Shown here: positions 40,908-49,900 of the stretch, piece after piece
Layout of the letters: the number at the start of each line of letters is the position of its first letter
Position numbering within the stretch: the stretch's first letter is position 1
Assembly (NCBI GenBank): GCA_030429765.1
Contig: JAUIER010000003.1
Coordinates: 144,402-208,401, forward strand
DNA length: 64,000 nucleotides
Reading direction: 5' to 3'
From: a bacterium
GTDB lineage: Bacteria > Omnitrophota > Gorgyraeia > Zapsychrales > Zapsychraceae
The notes under the pieces: model-generated
Databases searched by the model: none
What the model was told of the DNA's origin: nothing
What the model saw: only the letters and a program-made list of their open reading frames with translations
Made by a program: the position numbers and the translations under genes

Positions 40908-43900
40908 ATGTCAACTGAACATTCCATCAACAATTTGCTCTGGATTCGCCGCGTCGTCGCGCACGTTCTCGTTGTCGCTATGGTGGTGACCACTGTTTGG
41001 CCGGCCTCAATCGTGCATGCCGTTCAGCCGGCCACTATCAGCCATCTGCCTGTTCCCGGTACAATGGTTTCTGTGAGTCCGGGCTATCAGCCTATGGCCC
41101 TGACGGGAGTTCGTATTTATCCGGCCAATCCGCTGCAGTTTGATTTCATTATTGATCCCGGCGATTCGCAACTCGATGATCAAGCGACACAAAGCGCTTC
41201 CGAAAGGCTGATCAAATATTTTCTCACCGCGCTAACCATTCCCAAAAATGACGTATGGGTAAACCTCTCTCCGCATCAACAAGACCGGGTGATCCCTGAA
41301 CATTTAGCACATACCGACATGGGGCGGGACATGCTGTCGCAGGACTATCTCTTAAAACAGCTTAGCGCGTCGATGCTGTATCCCGAGCGGGATTTAGGTG
41401 CCGCTTTCTGGGAGAATATTCGTCGACGGGCTTATCAGCAATTTGGTTCGACTGACATTCCGGTCCGGACATTCAATAAGGTTTGGATCGTTCCGGACAA
41501 AGCCGTGGTATATGAACAGCAGGATGCCGCCTTTGTGGTTGAGTCGCGTTTGCGGGTGATGCTGGAGTCGGATTATCAAGCCTATCTGAGTTCCCGAAAT
41601 GTGAGTGATGCCGCTGGTTCATCCGATCAGTCGACAGAGCAACAGATTGATCAGCTGACGTCTGATATGATCCGTGATTTGATTATTCCCGAGATTGAAA
41701 AGGAAATCAATGAAGGCCGGCAATTCGCAGCGCTTAGGCAGATCTATCAATCCATGATCCTCGCCACGTGGTATCGCCGCAATTTAACACAGACCCTCTT
41801 GAGTCAGTTGTACGTTGGACAATCAAAGATTGCCGGTGTGGATATCGCCGAAAAAGACATCAAGGACAAAATCTATCAGCAGTATCTCAAGGCGTTCAAA
41901 GCCGGTGTGTATAACTACATCCGGGAGGATATCGATCCGGCGACGCGCCAGGTGGTGCCGCGTCAGTACGTGTCAGGCGGTTTGACGATGGATGTCGATA
42001 AGGTATTCCGGACGTTTAACGATGTTGATACCGCGCGTCAATTAAACGCCCGTTTGACAGATGCTGACCAGGCGTTGCTGTCCGCGAGGGTGGTTCTAAA
42101 CCCTGAAGGTCAGGGGAGTGTTCAGGATCTTTCCGCTCAGTTGGATGACTGGCTGGAACGATTGAAATCTTCCACTACCGACGCGTCGATGACGGCGGAT
42201 CCCGACGCCCCGGCCAGGCTGTTGGCCGGCGAGGTGATCAGCATTTCAGCCGCCGATATTCCACTTCGAGCGGAGGCGATTGCCGAAGTTATCGAGATGT
42301 ATGAGGCGGATCATGAGGATGAACTAGCGGCCGAGGACGTCACGGAGGAACAGATTTATGCCGTCACATATCGGCGGCTGAATAGCAGGGCCGTCCAAGG
42401 ACTGGAAGCGTTCTTAAACCAAGCTGTCCGTCTTCATCGGGAGGCGAGGCCATTGTCCATCCTTTTTGAAGGTGAGAACTTCTTGCATCTCGCGGAGCTG
42501 ATCGATAATGCCACCGATGCGCTGCGGCAGCGATATCAGCAGAATATCCGTCGCGCGGAAATCCGGTTTGAGATTCTGGAATATGATCGCCATATCGAGT
42601 TGCAGATTCTCGACAACGGGATTGGTTGGACTGAGACCGGATCCAAGGACTTCTTATCGTTAGGCGGATTAGGGACCGCGCTTCACGAGGCCAAGAAGAC
42701 TTTCTGGGAACAGAATATTGATTTGAACGTGAGCCCACGACGGGATCAGCAGGGAGCCGCGGTGGCGATCAGAATTCCTAAATCGGATATTAGCATTGAA
42801 GATTTATTTGGAGCAGAGTCTGCCGCGGCCTATTTTGATTTAACGACTAATCCGCTGGCCCAGATGGCTCCGTCGGCGATCCTGGTTCATCCTTATATAT
42901 CGGACTCGATCTACGTCGACAAAATGAAGGGCTTTGATCGGGCCTTGATACTTTTCAATAAGAATTATCCAAGCACACCACGATTAGCGGCCATCGATAA
43001 TGTCAAAACACTGGTCAGTCGGGACGGCCGCTACAACAGTGCGGTGGACATGGGTGACCGCGTTGTATTCCTGGGCGGACATTGCCGGCAGTGTCTATCG
43101 CAGGCGATTCTGCAGACCGCCGAACGGGCCTTCAAATCGGGCGATGAATTCAGGGCCATACTGCCGACGGACGGAATTTATACGACGGCGGATCTGGTTA
43201 GTGTCGGCGAGCAGGATCCGGAGCGCGCGGTGCTGCTGGAGGATGTCCTGTCCGGATTGACACCGATGGATGGTTCCCGATTTGCGTATTTGACCAAGGA
43301 GATCAAGTCGAGTTTGATGGCGGCCTATGCCAAGGATGGATTGGATCAGCTGAGCATTATCGTGGAATCAGATGGACAGCGCGAGTTTGTGGTCGAGGCT
43401 GGTCGGGAAAGAAGACGTTTGATCCTCGAGTTTGTCGGGCCGCAGGACCGGGCGATGCTTGTGCCGGATAAAGGATACGGATTTAAGCGCGGTCCATTGA
43501 AGGCGAATCTGAAACCCTACGCGCAGCAGTTACGTGTGACCTTCGACCGTCTGAGCTTTGGTTTCTTAACAGCCGGCGAACTGGATGCGCTTGTTAACGC
43601 CGTAATGAAAATCCGGGCTGACTCGATGGCGGCGCGTCCAGAGTTCTTCGGCGCTTTGCCGCATCGATTGACCGATCAGACGGCCCGCGAGACATTTATG
43701 TCTCGGATCTTGCAGCAACGAACTCTCTATCAGGAGCGCACAAATACGGATGGATCGCGGATGTTTAGTGAAACGGATATTCACGGCATGCTGTTTCAAA
43801 AGCTGATCCCGATTAGCTGGCTGGATCAGCTAATGACTGACGGATTGAACCGGTCGCAGGCCATGACCATCGTCACCGGCTGGAGCGATCCGTTAGGCGT

Positions 43901-46900
43901 ATGGACGACTGAATTTAAACCGTTGGTCGAAGAATTTGTGTCGCAGGGATTAAGTCGCACGGAAGCGGTGTCTATCATTCTGCAATGGAAGAACCCAAAG
44001 GCTAGATGGGAGAAATACTTGAAACCGGTCCGGGATGAATTGGTACGGGATGGTCTGTCCCCGACGACGGCCACACGGGTTGTGATTCGATGGACCAATC
44101 CTGACCAGAAGTGGTCACAGGAGCTTAAGCCAATACGAGGGCAGCTGATCGATCGGGGGATGAGTCTGGGTGATGCCACAGATGCCGTAATATCCTGGAG
44201 TTATCCGCTGGAACGATACGACGCGGTACAACAATCCATAGCACTCTTGGCAGCAGATAGTGTCATTCTGACCGGCAGGATCCGGGAAATATTTTGGGAA
44301 CATAACTATCAGGGAGTGCTTGAACGATTAATTCAACAGCCGGGCGTATCGAGGTCCAAGGCATTGGACTATGCCCAACCCATCAAAGATTTTGAAGAAC
44401 GGTACTTGGCAGACCGGGCGATGCTTTTTGATGCAGAAACCGAGGCCAAGTTGGATGCGCCACTGTCCGAAAATCTGTACTTCTCTGAGCGGCTGCAGAC
44501 GGTATTCCGCCGAAATGGTTTGATAACTCATCGTGATCTAACGTCCATGACGGCAATTGAGTTTACACGGCTTCCGGAGATTGGAGATATTCTCTCTGTG
44601 GAGGCCGAGCAAACATTGGAGCAGGACGGCTTAACATTTGGTATGACAAAGTCGGGTCTGCGGGTGTGGCTACCGACGCTGTATCAGACGCTTCGTAGTG
44701 ATCCTGTGTTGGGAACCAAGAAACGGTTAATGATTATCCTGGAAGATCGCGGCATAGAAAAGTTTGGTGACCTGGTTAAGTACTCCTACTCTGACCTGGT
44801 GAATATGCCGGGGATCAATTGGTCGAGCGCGATGATTCTCGAACAACGGCTGCAGGCGCACGGATTGACTTTAGGTGTGGGTAAATGGGTCAGAAAATTG
44901 CAGTCGCTTGAGGATAGGGCGATGCTGTCGGATGTTCCGTCACTGAAATTCGTGAAACTGGTGTTGCCGGAGCTGAATCGTCAGGTGAATATGTCGGCGA
45001 TTGGACGGAGGGTTCGGACGTTTCGTACCGACCGCTCGGAGACGCAGACTCAGACCAGTCAGCGTTCCGGAGTCAAGTACGCGACGTATCTCACCCTTGA
45101 GCGGGGCGCGCGAGCGGATACGGATCTCAAGAATATGATCCTGCTACGCAATCACTTTGGTACGTCATTGAGCGTGCTGGTGGATGGGCAGGCGTCGGCG
45201 TTTGATACGTCCGGACCGATTCTCTTTGACGCGATTGCCCCGGTGGTCGCTAACAATCTGGTGTTGCTTCGAACGGCCATGGGATTGACATTGAAAGAAC
45301 TGGCGGCCCATGTGGGGATGTCGAGTGAATATTTGGTCAGGATTGAGAGCGGCGACCTAGGTGAAATGACCCTGCAGAATATCGTCTCCTTGTCAGAAAC
45401 TTTCGGGATTCATCCGGAGGTGTTTATTTCGCGGAAATTGGAACTTGCCGATATGATTGAGATCATCAGCGATACGGATCAGTTCAGACAGTTACCGGAA
45501 ACGCTGGACGCGTCCCGTCGACGAGAGATTGGCAGCCGGATTGCCATTTTACGTCGATTGCGTCAACTCACCCAGGAAGATGTAGCGGTACGGTTGGGTA
45601 TTACACCGGATCAACTCGGCAAGTTGGAGAACGGCCGGCTTCAGCAATTGAATGTTGAGTTCTTTGTCAAGCTGCAGAGTATTCTGGATGCTTCCGTATA
45701 CTTTTTACTGACCGGAAAGGAGAACGGGCATTCGAGGGTGGAATTGGACGTTGAACGTGTGCGACAGGATTTCGGAGAGAACTTGATTGTGCTGCAGGAA
45801 TTCTTTGGAATGACCTATAAGACATTTGCCGAAAAGCTGGGGATTCCGACTCGGACGTTAACCACGCTCAAAAACGGGGGGCTCTACCAGTTGGAGCATA
45901 TCAATCGGGTGGCACGACGCACGCGTGTACCGATTCATATTCTGCTGGGTTCGAGTGCTGCTTTTCGGGATTACCTCGACGGGCACAGCCAACGGGTTTT
46001 AAATGCCAATGTTCCAGAACAGCTGGACGCGGAGCAGGTGCGTCGGAGTTTGAGGTTACATCTGGAGGCACAAGGCCGTTCAGATCAGGAGCTGCTGGAT
46101 TATGTGTCGCAATATCATACCAATGATTTAACGAAGTTTCTTTCTGGAAAGTCTCAAACGGTCTCACTAAAGACGCTGCTATTGGCGGCTAACTTTCTTG
46201 GGACCAATTTTCTGAATGTACTCACTGGATCTTTGTGGAATGGAAATGTAGAACTGGAAACGCCTGCTTATATGGTCAGTCGGATGGATCGGGAGCTGTA
46301 CAGGGCCATGCAGAGTATTATTCATGAGCAGGGACGGACTGACACTGTATCCTCATCAGCCGGACTACCGTCGATCAATGTATTTCTGGAATTTATTCAC
46401 GCGACGGATTCTTCCGTCGAAGAAGTGTTGCGCCAGGCGGAGCGTGATCCGGTTCAAGATCTGTTAATGAATTGGGGGCGCGTTCGTAAGAATAGTCTAG
46501 AGGACGCGGCGATGATATCAACGACTTTGCGAGCCAGAAACGCACGCCTTCGGGAGGAATACGCTTTACAACGGTTGTATCAACCATCCGATCGAATCGA
46601 AATCGTTCAAGCCGAATATTTCTCCGCGTTTTTTAGACAGAATGATATTGATATCGCGGCATTTGCCCGACGGGCTGACGTTCCGGAGTGGATGGTGTAC
46701 GACCTACTGGAAGGTCGCGAGTTGGAATTGGCCGAGTCCATACGGGTGCTGAAGGCATTGTATGAGGTCGCCACGCTGCAAGAGGCTCTTGAAATGCATG
46801 CCTTTACATATCGGTATTGGCAGGAGCATCGTGGAGAGGCAGATCAACAGCCATTGTTGAATGCGCAATTGATCCGCGAGCGCCATAACGCGCGGACAGA

Positions 46901-49900
46901 GTCTAGCGCCTACAGTCCGTCACCGGAGGCGCTGGAGGTGTTGATGGTCCACGATATTCGCGAAGCATATACCGGAACGGGGTCGCGGCGGCTCAATCTT
47001 ACCCGTTTTTTATCGTCGGCGGATCTGAGTCGAGGACATCTAAAATACAATTTCCCGATGCCGGATGGATCGATGCTTAAACGACAGCTTTCAATGCGTG
47101 TGGGAACTGCCCTCGACCATGTTGAGATGATTATCCACAAAAAAGCGGACAAGATGTCTGGTGTCTCGTTTTTGGGATACAAGTTGTCATCCGAAGGGCA
47201 GTATCGTCGACATCGGGTTAGTTATTTTGAATACGTTAACGGAATTTTTGAGCATCAGAGGGCGACGCCAGAGTTTGTCCGCCAGGACCGAGCGATGATG
47301 TCGGTCCCGGAATTCTTATTTGACGCGGATCAGCTTCAATATTTGGGATTGCCGATGCCTGAGTTTCTACGGCGCGCTGAGGTGCATGAGCGGGTGAAAT
47401 CAATGGTCGAGGAAGCCGTCGATTACACAGCGGATGATCCGGCCCTGGCCCGTCGGAACAGGGAGCATGCACGGCGTTCCATGCCGGGAATCATCATCGA
47501 TCTGCGCAATTTTGATTTGCCGTATTCACATCTAGAGGTGCACGACTATGAAGACGGGTTTATGTTTTTTATTCCGGAGGGTGACAGGATGTTGATCCAT
47601 CCGTACATTGACGATGTGATTGAACTGTTGGGTCTTTTGAACGGCGACGAAGTGGAAGGCGAGTATCCGCAGGCGAGTGAGAACGATCGGCTGGAACCGG
47701 GATATTGGAATCAGTGGCAGCGTTCCAGCGACTGGAAAACCTATGTGGATGAAATTCACCCGACGGTAGCTTCAGCGGTCAGTCATGTGCTGGATCGAAT
47801 AAAGTCCCAGGACAAGCAGATTCGTGTGGTTGATATATTTGCCGGAGAAGGAAATTTTGTGCAGCATCTGTCTGGGGTTCTCAAGCAGGCTCACGAGGAC
47901 GTCAATGTGGCCTACGAGGTGATTGAAGGAAACCCGTCAAACTACAGGCGGGCGCTTGACCGTTTATCGTCGAACGGCAATGTCACGGTGCATCCGCCAA
48001 CGGATATGCTGGACATCACGAGTTTGAAAGACATTCTTCGCGGATCCCCCGATATTGTGACGGCCCTGGGCGGGTTAAATGTCAGTGTCATATCCCGGGA
48101 GGATGCCCGGAAGGTCGCCCAAATGGTGTTTGATGTGCTGCGACCAGGCGGATTTTTTGTCGTGTCCGGTCTGACACCGTCGCTGTTACATGCCGACGAT
48201 TTTCGTGCGATGGGATACCGGATCTACAACCAGACGATTCCTCAGAATTTTTATTCTAGGTACCAACCGGTTGAGGTGTATATCTTACAGAAAGACGCCG
48301 CGATGCTTGGCGATACCGAGGCGGACAAGCATTTAAAGTATCTAATCCAGATGATCGCTGGCGAATTAGGCGAGGATTATGTTGAGGCGGAAGAAGATGA
48401 AGATCTGGAAGGTATGGCGCGCGACCGGCTGATGGAATTAAGTTTGCAGCAACGGGCTGATTTTTACGCGCTGCGTGGAGCGGATGTTTTTGGCGAGCTT
48501 ATCCGTCGGCCGTTGGGATCCCATCGGGATGATTTTGATGCCGAGTTGGGGATGTATACGAATCTGAGACTCCTCGGTGAAATGCTGGGGATGACCGAAG
48601 GCTTTGTCGATTTTGGGAACACCATGGATCCTCTGCAGCTGCCTCGATTGCAGGAGCGTGTTGAGCCATGGCGTGAATTGGTTCGCTATGTCGCGTCGGC
48701 TGAAGACTATGCGACAATTCGACGCGAAATCCAACAGCTGGCCGGGATGATCGACGCTCCGCGGGTGAATGAGATTTTGCAACGCTCGGGGCTAAGTCGC
48801 TACGAGCCTGAATTCTGGTTTGTGCATCTCAAGAGCATCGGCCGGATGGACGACGTTTGGTTTGATCATTTTCACAAATTAGCCGAACTGTTTTACAAGG
48901 CCTTCGGGGCAACGTTTGATATCGGTACCGAGACGGAAGAGCACACGGCCGGTCCGGATATCTTCGAGCGGGTCATCGAGTTGATTGTACGCAGCACTAA
49001 AGCTGATCCCGCGGACTTGGAGACGTTTTTCGCGGATGAGAATCCGGATGTGATCGCCCTGCTTTATGTCATCACCTACGGCAAGGCGCCGGACATTCAT
49101 GCGGTGCGGTTCCTCTATCATGGTTCACCGTTGGTGAATATCGATCAGATGATTTATGATTCGGACGGTATGGTTGACTTCCGCCGAGGCGAACGCAAGC
49201 TCGATACGAATTATCTGTCATTTAACCCCGATGTCTCGCAATCTTATGCTCAGGATGACGGATTGATATTGGAGTTCGATGTCGCGGCGCTGCTCGCGTT
49301 GCCTAACAAATACATACTGGGTCCGGAAATTGAAAGTGAAGAAATCACGACAACGGATCCGATACCATTCACCGCGTTAACCACGAGAAGTAAACTTGAG
49401 GTAGCGGTTAAATTTTGGAAAGATGATGCCGAATTGGATTTGGCCCTGGCTCGGGCCTTGGGATTTTTATCCATTGTTGAACTACAGAAATTCATGCGAA
49501 GCGCTGACCCGGCGATGCTGGCGCCGCTAGAAGGTGATGACGACGATTATGTCGAAAATGCCCGCGCGCTTGAAGCAGCGATCTTTGAGAATCACTTCGT
49601 GAGTGGGGTGGAATATACCGCGTTACAAGAGTTTTGGCAGGAGTCACTCGAATTCTTTGATGAATCACGGGCCGATTATGTCTCCGAACGCCGACGCGTT
49701 TATATGGATGGACAGCAAAATGGCGAGTTTACTGTTGTAAGTCGTCAGCAAGGCGACCAGGCCATTGCGGACGCGCTTAGACGCGCTGCGTTGTGGCATC
49801 GACTCAATCAGCGGAATGTCGCGGGTATTCCGAGATTGCTCTCGATGGGGCTCACAGAGGATGGCTACATGTGGATGAGACTGCGGGGTATTGCCAATGC

